Source: Bacteroidales bacterium (lineage in GTDB: Bacteria > Bacteroidota > Bacteroidia > Bacteroidales > UBA4417). From it: a DNA stretch of 64,000 nucleotides. Positions 36,139-45,493 of the stretch are shown one piece after another. The stretch spans positions 1,644 to 65,643 of the forward strand of contig JAURYB010000015.1 in NCBI GenBank assembly GCA_030654075.1. Direction: 5' to 3'. Position 1 is the first letter of the stretch, and the number at the start of each line of letters is the position of its first letter. A program made the translations under genes and the position numbers. The notes beneath the pieces are model-generated. The model was not told where the DNA came from. It saw only the letters and a list, made by a program, of their open reading frames with translations, and searched no databases.

Positions 36139-37617
36139 CAATGTCGTTTAGTTAAGAAATACTCATAATCGTTTGTAATTCATTGAGTAAAGCTTCTTTG
36201 GTTTTTTATTTCGTGGGTTATTACGCCCTGGCCGGATGATTTCTCTTGTTTGTGCAACTACATGATCGAATGCTTCGAGTGCTTTTGCAAATTGTTTGCG
36301 TATCAGAACTCCAATTATTATTTCCTGGGTCATTGAGATTGCATTGGTTCTGTTGATTTTTTGGCTGTGCTTTCTGTTTTGATCTGCTTTGTATTCTTGA
36401 ATCACTTTTTCTTCAATCGGGTGTGCATAGGTTGCACAAAGTGTCATCAAAAATACTTTGGCATGAAAATCCTGTTTAACGGCTTTAGCTGTTTTTCCTG
36501 AGAAGTTCTCGATTTCGATTCTGTTTTTCAACAACTTATATGCTTCCTCCTCTTGCCATCTATAATGATAAAGTGGCTCAAACTCTTCATGTGGATATTT
36601 CTCTATATCGGTTAGTGAGGTGCATAATATTTCCGTTTCCCCTGTTGGCAATTCCACTTTTATCAAGCGGCAAGTGATTTCAATATCATATATTTCAGGA
36701 TAGTCGGCCAGTTTTCGACGATCCTTTTTTGGTAGTTTGAAGGTTACCAATCGCTCCAATTCTGCACTTTCGGCAAAATCTTTCACCTTGAGCCACCAGT
36801 CATCTTTGAGCCGCACACAAAACTCAACTCCCTTGGCTTTCAAAAGAAAAAGCAACCAAAAGCTTGGATAGCCCCGATCAAGCAACAGCAAATCACCTTT
36901 CTGAACCTTATCAAGATGTTTGACCAAAAGGTTGCTTTCACTACTTGCATAAGGAGCAATCTGAGCATCAATGGTCACTTGATTCAACACATCATAAAGC
37001 ATTGAAACCATTGCCAGAGATCGCTTACTGTCTGCTTTAGGCCCAAATTCATGCTGTCCAAACTCCTGGATAACGCTTGGATGGTTCGGCAACACTAAGC
37101 GGCTACCATCCACAGCTAACGTGCGCATGCCATGCCATTGATAATATTCAGCCCGATCGTAGAATGTATTTACCGCTACTTCGTTCAATCGAATAAAAGC
37201 CCAGGGGTTTAACTTTGCTCTGGCTTGGGATAAAGCACCTTTGGTAACTTCCCTGATCTTAAAATCACTTTTTGAAAGTGCTTTAAAAAAGGAATCCAGC
37301 TCTCGTTGTATGGAACTCTTGAATATTATGATTATTGATATTAAGTTATTGAATGTCAGCTTTCTATCCCTTGTGAATACCCCCGTCCGGCCGTCTTTTG
37401 AACGGCTCCTGTAATCCTCTTTTTCGAGTTCATCTGTTATGTTTTTGGATAGAAATTCACGATAATCTTGTTTTGGGTTCTCATTAGGGTTACCCCCTAT
37501 ATACCCCCGAAAGATAGTGATCTATTTGCACACCACAAAATTTTCAAAGAACTATTTTTAACTATATTTGCATTTAAATCAAGCATTTATATTGATTTGC
37601 TTAACTAAACGACATTG
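36139..37617 (-). mobile_element. IS4-family insertion sequence (1479 bp)
   Basis: Perfect 18-bp terminal inverted repeats CAATGTCGTTTAGTTAAG (36139-36156) and CTTAACTAAACGACATTG (37600-37617). Flanking 10-bp direct repeat ATTTACGAAT (36129-36138 and 37618-37627). Confidence 0.9.
36163..37484 (-). CDS. IS4-family DDE transposase (frame interrupted at an A5 run 14 codons after the ATG)
   Basis: AVDGS and LLLDRGY carry the acidic residues. YHYRWQEEEAYKLLK fits the Y-2-R-3-E-6-K signature. The main frame is open 36163-37521 but has no ATG/GTG/TTG before the TTG at 37188. The ATG at 37484 lies in the frame offset by one nucleotide. Confidence 0.8.
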
Positions 37618-37641
37618 ATTTACGAATAACGAATAACGAAA
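37618..37641. repeat. heptamer array continuing on the right side of the IS
   Basis: atttacg aataacg aataacg, read directly. Confidence 0.7.
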
Positions 37642-37652
37642 TCCCTTAGCCA

Positions 37653-38132
37653 ATGAAACCCATCTCCATTATAGTGGCAATTGCACAAAACAACGCCATT
37701 GGTAAAGACAACCAATTACTCTGGCATATTCCTGCCGATCTTAAAAGGTTCAAGCAACTTACAACCGGCCACACGATTGTAATGGGTAAACGAACTTTTT
37801 ATTCGTTGCCTATCAGACCATTGCCAAACAGGCGAAGTATTGTGATTACCGATATCCCCGGCGAAATTATTGAAGGATGCATTATGGCTTATTCCATTGA
37901 CGATGCCATTGAACAAATGGATGACGAAAAAGAAAATTTTATAATCGGAGGTGGCTCTGTATACCGGCAGTTTCTGCCTGTGGCTCAGCAACTTTACCTG
38001 ACAATTGTTCAGAAAGATTTTGACGCGGATACTTTTCTTGAGATCGATTTATCAGAATGGGAAACCATTGAACGCGAGGATCATCCGGAAGAAGAACTGC
38101 CTTATTATTATATAAATCTGAAAAGAAAATAG
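37653..38132 (+). CDS. folA: dihydrofolate reductase
   Basis: 159 aa. IVAIAQNNAIGKDNQLLWHIPADLKRFKQLTTGHTIVMGKRTF is canonical DHFR. Confidence 0.92.
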   Translation: MKPISIIVAIAQNNAIGKDNQLLWHIPADLKRFKQLTTGHTIVMGKRTFYSLPIRPLPNRRSIVITDIPGEIIEGCIMAYSIDDAIEQMDDEKENFIIGGGSVYRQFLPVAQQLYLTIVQKDFDADTFLEIDLSEWETIEREDHPEEELPYYYINLKRK

Positions 38133-38173
38133 GTTAAAAAATTTCTGTTCTGTATCATCAAACCTGATTAATG

Positions 38174-39079
38174 TCAGGCTTTTTTGCGCTGTTTCATTGT
38201 CAGGATAACACTGTACGTGTATATTCCCAAACCAACCCAAACCAATCCAAAGCTAATCATATAAGCCATATCGAAATGCTCGCTGAAAACAAATATTCCA
38301 ATCAGTAATTGTATTGTCGGTGAAAGATATTGAATAAATCCGAGAGTAGATAAAGGAATACGAGTTGCTGCAATCCCAAACCAAAAAAGGGGAATGGCTG
38401 TTACTGGTCCGCCAAGCATAAGCAATATATCGTTTAGCCTTGAAGAATAACCGAATGAACCGGTTCCAAGCGTGTTTACATGCCAAAGATACCAAAGCGC
38501 TACCGGGGCAAGAAGCAGCGTTTCAACCATTAGTCCCGGCATGGATTGCAGGTTTGCCTTTTTCCTGATCAATCCATATAATCCGAACGAAAATGCCAGA
38601 ACCAGGGATAGTATAGGGATTCTCCCGTAATGAAATGTGAGATAGGCTACGCCGGCAAATGCAAACGCAACCGCAATAATCTGTATTCTCGAGAGTCGTT
38701 CTTTCATAAAAACCACCCCCAATAGTACGTTTACCATTGGATTAATATAATACCCAAGGCTCGCATCAACAATATGGTTGTTGTTAACAGCATAAATATA
38801 GGTGAACCAGTTTCCCCCGATTAAGGCTCCTGATAAAAGTAAGGTACCCAGAATTTTAGGAGACGACAAATATTGAAGAAAAATCCTGTCGCGACGCCAA
38901 ACAAGCATAAGAAACAGGAAAATCAGGGACCATATTACACGATGAGCCAAAATCTGCTGAGGAGGAACATGAAGCAGCATTTTCCAGTATAGCGGAAAAA
39001 TACCCCAGATTCCATAACTTATTAACGCATAGACCAATCCAGATTTATATAACTTCTGCTGCTGAACGCTTAAACTCAT
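38174..39079 (-). CDS. rarD: EamA/RarD-family transporter
   Basis: About 10 TM. GLVYALISYGIWGIFPLYWK is a RarD-like N-terminus. ATG at 39079 is preferred over the upstream TTG. Confidence 0.75.
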   Translation of the reverse strand: MSLSVQQQKLYKSGLVYALISYGIWGIFPLYWKMLLHVPPQQILAHRVIWSLIFLFLMLVWRRDRIFLQYLSSPKILGTLLLSGALIGGNWFTYIYAVNNNHIVDASLGYYINPMVNVLLGVVFMKERLSRIQIIAVAFAFAGVAYLTFHYGRIPILSLVLAFSFGLYGLIRKKANLQSMPGLMVETLLLAPVALWYLWHVNTLGTGSFGYSSRLNDILLMLGGPVTAIPLFWFGIAATRIPLSTLGFIQYLSPTIQLLIGIFVFSEHFDMAYMISFGLVWVGLGIYTYSVILTMKQRKKA

Positions 39080-39271
39080 TATTGAAATTTGAGGCAAAAG
39101 TAAGGTTTAAATGGGAAATGATCTGATCAAAAATCAGTTTCAAGGTTTTTTAAACTTTCGGGATTTCAACTGGCAATAGGCAACCAAAAACCGGGAATTG
39201 GGAATTGGCAATGTTGCTGTGATTTGGAATTAGGTACCTGAAATGAGAAACCGGAAACCAGAACTAAACCA

Positions 39272-40396
39272 TTACATCCCTCTTCCTCCAGTTAGCAAAC
39301 CATAAACTCCGGGAAGAACTTTTCGTAAAAGAGCACCGGTTCCGATTGCAAATACGATAATGCTTACTGGTAATAGAATGAACGCTAATAGATGTGTTCC
39401 TGGTAATGGATTTAAAATTGCTAGAGCTGGGTTTATAAGGTAAGCTACTACAGGTGCATGCATAGCATAAATCATAAATGCGAACGAACTGAGCCAAACA
39501 AACCAATGTTTGTTCATAAACCAGCGCACAAGACCGTCAAGCCCATACCAGCAAGCAATAAGCCCGCTCAGAATGACCATCTTATGAAGAATAACCAGTA
39601 TAGGGTAGATTGCATTACCAAGGAATGCCTCACCATTGAAAGCAAGATATGTTTTTATTGCAGCCAGCATTACAAAAGCCAATCCCCACCAACGAGGCTG
39701 GAACCATCGGCTTGGTGTATCAATAGAAAAATCCGTTTTCTGTATCCATATTCCCAGGGAGAAGAACAACAGGCCTTCTCCTTCAAAGAACACAAATCCC
39801 ATTGTTCCTAACCACATTAGAAAGGCAATTGTAAAGAAAATCCATTTTGCAACACGATTCGTAACACACCAGCGAATAGCCGGATAAGCAATATTATAAA
39901 TCAGTAATACCCTGATGAACCATAATTGATAAGGGACTGGCTGCAAAATCCATTTAAATAAAAGTTCATACCAATGATAATTATGCAACAACTGTCGGGT
40001 AGCATCTATCTGAACAATATGGGAATCTGCGACCAGGGCGCTACCGAAATGAAACGATTCTAAAAAGTATGTGAAAATAATTCCAATTGCGCTCCAAACC
40101 AGGTATGGTACCAATAAAGTGCGCAACCGCTTATTCGTTCTTTGCTTATATGGCTTCTGATCGTGGAGCGCATAAAGAAAGCCGGAAATAATAAATAACA
40201 TTGGTATCCTGAAACGGAATATTCCGTTGGCGAGGAAATATTCGGTAAAGGCAGTCAGACTCATGTTTTGCCCGGGAATTGTCCATGGTTGCATATAGCG
40301 TACATCCAGGTTATATCCATGCACAAACACCAGTAACACCATCGAAATAAATGACCAGAATTTGAACTTCTTACTTGTGAAATCAGATAAACCCAT
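39272..40396 (-). CDS. acyltransferase family 3 membrane protein
   Basis: 374 aa, polytopic. N-terminal FISMVLLVFVHGYN and the overall pattern match acyltransferase_3. Confidence 0.7.
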   Translation of the reverse strand: MGLSDFTSKKFKFWSFISMVLLVFVHGYNLDVRYMQPWTIPGQNMSLTAFTEYFLANGIFRFRIPMLFIISGFLYALHDQKPYKQRTNKRLRTLLVPYLVWSAIGIIFTYFLESFHFGSALVADSHIVQIDATRQLLHNYHWYELLFKWILQPVPYQLWFIRVLLIYNIAYPAIRWCVTNRVAKWIFFTIAFLMWLGTMGFVFFEGEGLLFFSLGIWIQKTDFSIDTPSRWFQPRWWGLAFVMLAAIKTYLAFNGEAFLGNAIYPILVILHKMVILSGLIACWYGLDGLVRWFMNKHWFVWLSSFAFMIYAMHAPVVAYLINPALAILNPLPGTHLLAFILLPVSIIVFAIGTGALLRKVLPGVYGLLTGGRGM

Positions 40397-40471
40397 ACTG
40401 TCTGTTTAAAATACAAAAGTCATAAAAAAAGCCACCCGAAAGTAGCTTTTTAAACTGGATTATTTAAACTA

Positions 40472-41473
40472 TTAGCTTCCTAATGTTGCTACCATCACAG
40501 CTTTAATAGTGTGCAGGCGGTTTTCAGCTTCATCAAAAACGATTGACATTTCTGATTCAAAAACATCATCAGTAACTTCCAAACCATCGAGCCCGAATTT
40601 CTGAAAAATATCTTCTCCGACAGTCGTCTGGCGATTGTGGAAAGCAGGCAGGCAATGCAGGAATTTTACATTCGGATTACCGGTTTTCTTCACAACATCC
40701 ATATTTACCTGGTAAGGTTTGAGTAATTTTATGCGCTCAGCCCATACTTCGGTAGGTTCGCCCATACTAACCCATACATCTGTATAAAGGAAGTCACAAC
40801 CTTTAACACCATCATCAACATTATCCGTAACTGTGATTTTTGCACCGGTTTCTTTAGCAATTTGCTGACATTGAGCTACGAGATCGGCATCCGGCTGGCA
40901 ACTTTCAGGAGCTACTGCACGGAAATCCATGCCCATTTTTGCGGCACCAACCATAAGCGAGTTGCCAACATTGTTTTTTGCATCGCCAAGGAAAGCGAAA
41001 CTAACCTGGTTCAGCGGTTTGTCGATATGCTCCATCATGGTCATAAAGTCGGCAAGCATTTGTGTAGGATGGAATTCGTTGGTTAAACCATTCCAAACAG
41101 GCACTCCTGAATATTTAGCCAGGTCTTCAACAATGGTCTGAGCGTAACCACGATACTCAATTCCATCATACATCCGGCCCAGGACTCGGGCGGTATCTTT
41201 CATGGATTCCTTTTTACCAATCTGCGATCCCGAAGGTCCCAGGTAAGTAACATGTGCACCCTGGTCCAATGCGGCCACTTCGAAAGCGCAACGTGTACGG
41301 GTTGAATCTTTTTCAAAAATCAGAGCAATATTCTTGCCTTTTAAGCGAGGTTGTTCTGTGCCTGCGTATTTCGATTTTTTTAGTTCGAAAGCCAGGTCGA
41401 GGAAGAACTTTATCTCCTGAGGAGTAAAATCTAGTTCTTTCAAAAAATGACGGTTTCTTAAATTGAATGCCAT
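40472..41473 (-). CDS. argF: ornithine carbamoyltransferase
   Basis: STRTR, HPTQ and HCLP motifs. 333 aa. Downstream of carbamate kinase, suggesting a catabolic (arc-type) role. Confidence 0.92.
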   Translation of the reverse strand: MAFNLRNRHFLKELDFTPQEIKFFLDLAFELKKSKYAGTEQPRLKGKNIALIFEKDSTRTRCAFEVAALDQGAHVTYLGPSGSQIGKKESMKDTARVLGRMYDGIEYRGYAQTIVEDLAKYSGVPVWNGLTNEFHPTQMLADFMTMMEHIDKPLNQVSFAFLGDAKNNVGNSLMVGAAKMGMDFRAVAPESCQPDADLVAQCQQIAKETGAKITVTDNVDDGVKGCDFLYTDVWVSMGEPTEVWAERIKLLKPYQVNMDVVKKTGNPNVKFLHCLPAFHNRQTTVGEDIFQKFGLDGLEVTDDVFESEMSIVFDEAENRLHTIKAVMVATLGS

Positions 41474-41474
41474 A

Positions 41475-41735
41475 GATATTTACGATTTATGATTTACGAT
41501 TTACGATTTATGATTAACGGTTAACGATTTTACACTGAGCGAAGCCGAAGTGTTACGATTTATGATTTACGATTTACGATTTTACACTGAGCGATGGTTG
41601 CTGAGCTTTCGCCGAAGCAAGCCGAAGTGTTACGATTTACGATTTTACACTGAGCGCAGCCGAAGTGTTATGATTTACGATTTACGATTAACAATTAACA
41701 ATTAACGATTAACGATTAACGAATAACGATTGCTA
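41475..41735. repeat. composite repeat: ACGATTT/ATGATTT/ACGATTA heptamer arrays interrupted three times by a TACACTGAGCG..GCCGAAGTGTTA unit
   Basis: Units at 41531-41555, 41583-41632 (expanded) and 41646-41670. Heptamers fill the rest. Confidence 0.85.
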
Positions 41736-41787
41736 AGTGTTGAGCGACATAAATTTCATAGCTCGTAATTCGTCAATCGTAAGTATA

Positions 41788-42732
41788 TTAAACAATCGAA
41801 ATGCGTGTTCCGCCATTGTCAACACCCAATAAACCGGCTGAAGTGATGATGGCATCGCGACTGGTATGTTTTACAAAGTGAATGGCGGCCCGGATTTTGG
41901 GTGCCATGCTGCCTTCGGCGAAATGTCCTTCGGCAAGATATTGTTTTGCCTGGCGAACGCTCATGCGATCAATCGCTTTTTCCTGTGGTGTATTGTAATT
42001 AATGCATACTTTAGGGATATCAGTCAGGATAAAAAGCTTATCCGCGTTGATATTTCCACCAAGCAACGCCGAAGCCAGATCTTTATCGATAACGGCGTCA
42101 ATACCCTGGAGTTTATTTTCAGCGACATAGAAAGCCGGAATTCCACCACCTCCAACAGCGATTACGATTTGCCCATCGCGAGCTATCCGCTCAATTGATC
42201 TTTGGTTGCTGATTACTAATGGTTTGGGTGATGCAACTACTTTGCGCCATCCGCGTCCGCGTGGATCTTCTCTGAAAATACTTCCATTTTCAGCTGTCAT
42301 TTTATCAGCGAATTCTTTGGTATAATAAGGCCCGATAGGTTTTATAGGGTTATCAAATGCCGGATCATCACGATCAACCAGTACCTGAGTAATTATAGTA
42401 ATTACGTCCCTGTCGAGATCGTGTGCACGAAGCACATTACGCATCTGTTGTTCAAGGATATACCCGATAAATCCCTGTGAATATGCAACACAAATATCGA
42501 GTGGCATTTCGGGCAGGTTATATACTTGGTTTCCAGCTGCATTAGCTAATAAGATATTTCCGACCTGGGGCCCGTTTCCATGAGTGAGAACTACATTATA
42601 ATCCCGGTTGATAAGGGTTAAAAGCCGTTCGCACGTATCAAGAGCATTTTGCTCCTGTTCTTCAATTGTTCCGGCCTGGTCGCCACGAAGAAGGGCGTTT
42701 CCTCCAAAAGCTACAACTGCTAATTTCTTCAT
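41788..42732 (-). CDS. arcC: carbamate kinase
   Basis: MKKLAVVAFGGNALL, THGNGPQVG. 314 aa. Confidence 0.92.
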   Translation of the reverse strand: MKKLAVVAFGGNALLRGDQAGTIEEQEQNALDTCERLLTLINRDYNVVLTHGNGPQVGNILLANAAGNQVYNLPEMPLDICVAYSQGFIGYILEQQMRNVLRAHDLDRDVITIITQVLVDRDDPAFDNPIKPIGPYYTKEFADKMTAENGSIFREDPRGRGWRKVVASPKPLVISNQRSIERIARDGQIVIAVGGGGIPAFYVAENKLQGIDAVIDKDLASALLGGNINADKLFILTDIPKVCINYNTPQEKAIDRMSVRQAKQYLAEGHFAEGSMAPKIRAAIHFVKHTSRDAIITSAGLLGVDNGGTRISIV

Positions 42733-42961
42733 AAGTAAAATTATTTCAAATGAGGGCGCAAAATTAGTGATTTAAACTTCCTGTGCAAGTTCTTTGAAAT
42801 TTCCAGATATTATCAATAAGCACTCTGAATAATAGTCATTTATAACATAAATAAATATCTGTTGTAAAACTTCTGCTAACAAAAAGCATGTTATGATTGT
42901 TGAAATATAGCTTGTAAATTTACAGCCGGAATATTTCCTCGTTAGCCAAAATATTATTTTA

Positions 42962-43867
42962 ATGCACAATCAATCAAAAGCGTACAGTCTGGCCCTCATT
43001 TCAATCCTATTCTGGTCGACAATGGGTACTGCTTTTAAACTCACTCTCAACTACTTAAACCCTGGTATGCTGTTGTTAATTGCAACTTTCACCGCTTTTA
43101 TTTTCCTCGGAATCGTTGGTATTTTCATGGGTAAGCTGCAAATACTCAAAAAAATAACTCCAAAACAAGCACTCAACTCTGCTTTAATGGGACTTTTTAA
43201 TCCATTCCTCTATTACCTGGTTTTATTCGAAGCCTACAACCGTATCCCTGCGCAGGAAGGTGTTGCCCTTAACTATATTTGGCCAGTGATACTTGTGATT
43301 TTTTCTATAATATTCTTGAAGCAGCATATTACCATGCTTAGTGTTCTTGCAATTATAGTCAGCTTTGCAGGAACTGTTGTTATTGCCATACACGGGAATT
43401 TTACGGAATTTAAATTTTCAAATACAACCGGAGTAATTCTTGCCATTTGCAGTGCTTTCTTCTGGGCTTCATTCTGGATCATTAATATGAAAGATCCACG
43501 CGAAGCCATTGTTAAGATGTTTGTCAATTTTGCATTTGGTGCGGTTTATATTCTGAGCTGGAATATTTATAAGCACAACATCATTGTTCCTCCTATTCAG
43601 GGACTGGTCGGCGCCATTTATATTGGTATTTTCGAAATGGGGCTGACTTTTGTCTTATGGCTTACCGCGCTTAAATTATCAATCCATACTGCCCGGGTTT
43701 CCAACCTGGTTTTTATTTCACCCTTTATTTCGTTATTATTAGTTTCTTTTTTTGTCGGGGAAAAAATACTTCCCTCTACAGTGATCGGATTGGTTATTAT
43801 TGTTGCTGGTATTGTTATTCAGCAATATAGCCAGTGGCATGAAAGGAGAATAGTGAATAGAAAATAG
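42962..43867 (+). CDS. EamA/DMT-family transporter
   Basis: 301 aa, 10 TM, two EamA-like halves. Confidence 0.75.
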   Translation: MHNQSKAYSLALISILFWSTMGTAFKLTLNYLNPGMLLLIATFTAFIFLGIVGIFMGKLQILKKITPKQALNSALMGLFNPFLYYLVLFEAYNRIPAQEGVALNYIWPVILVIFSIIFLKQHITMLSVLAIIVSFAGTVVIAIHGNFTEFKFSNTTGVILAICSAFFWASFWIINMKDPREAIVKMFVNFAFGAVYILSWNIYKHNIIVPPIQGLVGAIYIGIFEMGLTFVLWLTALKLSIHTARVSNLVFISPFISLLLVSFFVGEKILPSTVIGLVIIVAGIVIQQYSQWHERRIVNRK

Positions 43868-44047
43868 TAAATAGTAAATAGAAAAATAGTTAGTATTTCC
43901 ATTATACAACATCTCACATCGTACATCCAACATCGCACATCCGACATCGCACATCCGACATCATACATCATACATCCGACATCGTACATCCGACATCGCA
44001 CATCCGAGATCATACATCCGAGATCATACATCCGACATCCAACATTC
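43846..44047. repeat. heptamer arrays (GTGAATA-type x~6, then NNACATC x20)
   Basis: gagaata gtgaata gaaaata gtaaata..., then caacatc tcacatc gtacatc ... cgacatc caacatt. Register kept for 140 nt. Confidence 0.85.
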
Positions 44048-44057
44048 CTTATTTGCT

Positions 44058-44065
44058 TACCTTTG
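44058..44065 (+). promoter_or_regulatory. putative -7 box upstream of mtaB
   Basis: TACCTTTG only 4 nt before the ATG at 44070. This would imply a leaderless or very short leader, or a different real start. Confidence 0.3.
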
Positions 44066-44069
44066 TCCA

Positions 44070-45380
44070 ATGACTCACAGAAAACGCATAGCTTTTCACA
44101 CCTTAGGCTGTAAACTTAATTTTTCAGAAACCAGTACCATTTCTAGGCAATTTGGAATTGATGCTTTTGATGTGGTTGATTTTGACGAACAAGCTGATTT
44201 TTATGTGGTTCATACGTGTTCGGTAACAGCTATTGCTGAAAAAAAATGTAAAACTGCTGTCAAACAGGCTCATAAGCGCAATCCGGAAGCACGCGTGGCT
44301 GTGATTGGATGCGCGGTTCAGGCAAATCCGGAGATGTTCAGCAATATGGAGGGTGTAAGCTGGGTGTTCGGGAATAATGATAAATTCAGGCTGGGCGAAG
44401 TAATCAAGAGTCAGAATAATGAAACCCCTGCTTACGGTCATCACGAATCGTATGTTTCGGAAATAAATAAAACCCGGGAATTTATTCCTTCTTATTCGAT
44501 GGGTGATCGCACGCGTTCGTTTTTCAAGGTGCAGGATGGATGTGACTATTTCTGTACCTATTGCAGCATTCCATTCATGCGTGGGCGAAGCCGCAGCGAA
44601 AGCGTTGAAAATACGATGAAAGTTGCCTGCGAAATTGCAGCTACCGAACTGAAGGAAATCATATTAACCGGTGTAAATATTGGTGATTTTGGCCGGCAAA
44701 GCAAGGAATCATTTTTAGATTTACTAAGTCAACTCGCTATTCTTGACGGAATTGAGCGGATTAGAATTTCATCTATTGAACCTGAATTATTGAATGATGA
44801 AATCATAAAAATGGTTTCCGTTTCCGAAAAACTTCTGCCTCATTTTCATATCCCCTTACAAAGTGGCAGCGACAAAATTTTGCAACTCATGAAGCGTAAA
44901 TACCTTCGCGAAGTGTTTGCTACCCGTGTGTATAGGATTAAGGAACTGATGCCTGATGCATTTATTGCGGCTGATGTAATTGTCGGTTTTCCAGGAGAAA
45001 CAAAGGAAGACTTTGAAGATGCGTATAATTTTATCAATAACCTGGATGTGACAAACCTGCATGTTTTTACTTACTCTGAACGCCCCGGTACAAAAGCGCT
45101 GCAGTTGGAAGGTAAAGTTGACGAACGCGAAAAACGTCGTCGCAGTCAACTGTTGCACGAACTTTCGGAAACGAAAAAGAAACGCTTTTACACTCAGCAA
45201 ATTGGTAAATCGGCTGAAGTTCTTTGGGAATCGGATAATATTAAAGGCTTTATGCATGGATTTACAGGGAATTACGTGAAAGTCTGCACGCCTTTTAATG
45301 CTTCCCTTATAAATAAAATCACCAGCGTAAAAATTGTTAAGATAAATGATGATGATACTTGTAGCATAGATTTTATGTGA
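44070..45380 (+). CDS. mtaB: tRNA (t6A37) methylthiotransferase, radical SAM
   Basis: IAFHTLGCKLNFSE N-terminal cluster, CDYFCTYC radical-SAM CxxxCxxC, and a TRAM-like C-terminus. Confidence 0.88.
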   Translation: MTHRKRIAFHTLGCKLNFSETSTISRQFGIDAFDVVDFDEQADFYVVHTCSVTAIAEKKCKTAVKQAHKRNPEARVAVIGCAVQANPEMFSNMEGVSWVFGNNDKFRLGEVIKSQNNETPAYGHHESYVSEINKTREFIPSYSMGDRTRSFFKVQDGCDYFCTYCSIPFMRGRSRSESVENTMKVACEIAATELKEIILTGVNIGDFGRQSKESFLDLLSQLAILDGIERIRISSIEPELLNDEIIKMVSVSEKLLPHFHIPLQSGSDKILQLMKRKYLREVFATRVYRIKELMPDAFIAADVIVGFPGETKEDFEDAYNFINNLDVTNLHVFTYSERPGTKALQLEGKVDEREKRRRSQLLHELSETKKKRFYTQQIGKSAEVLWESDNIKGFMHGFTGNYVKVCTPFNASLINKITSVKIVKINDDDTCSIDFM

Positions 45381-45493
45381 GCTTCTAAATCCGTAATTTT
45401 AGCTTCATAATTCATAACTCGCCATAACAGCCTAACCACCTGACAGTCTCTAGCTTATTCACCATACTTATAACTCAAACTCATAACACCCTG

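Noticed and set aside
41475-41735. Possible CRISPR-like array (three 25-nt units)
   Set aside because: The 'spacers' are themselves simple heptamer repeats of variable length. One unit carries an internal insert. There are no cas genes in the window, and the unit length and spacing do not fit CRISPR geometry.
42772-42969. 65-aa ORF in the arcC/EamA divergent promoter region
   Set aside because: No motif and AT-rich codon usage. It overlaps the start of the EamA gene and is probably non-coding promoter DNA.
43819-44070. 83-aa minus-strand ORF with MYDVGC repeats
   Set aside because: Same artefact: it reads through the NNACATC heptamer array and the 3' end of the EamA gene.
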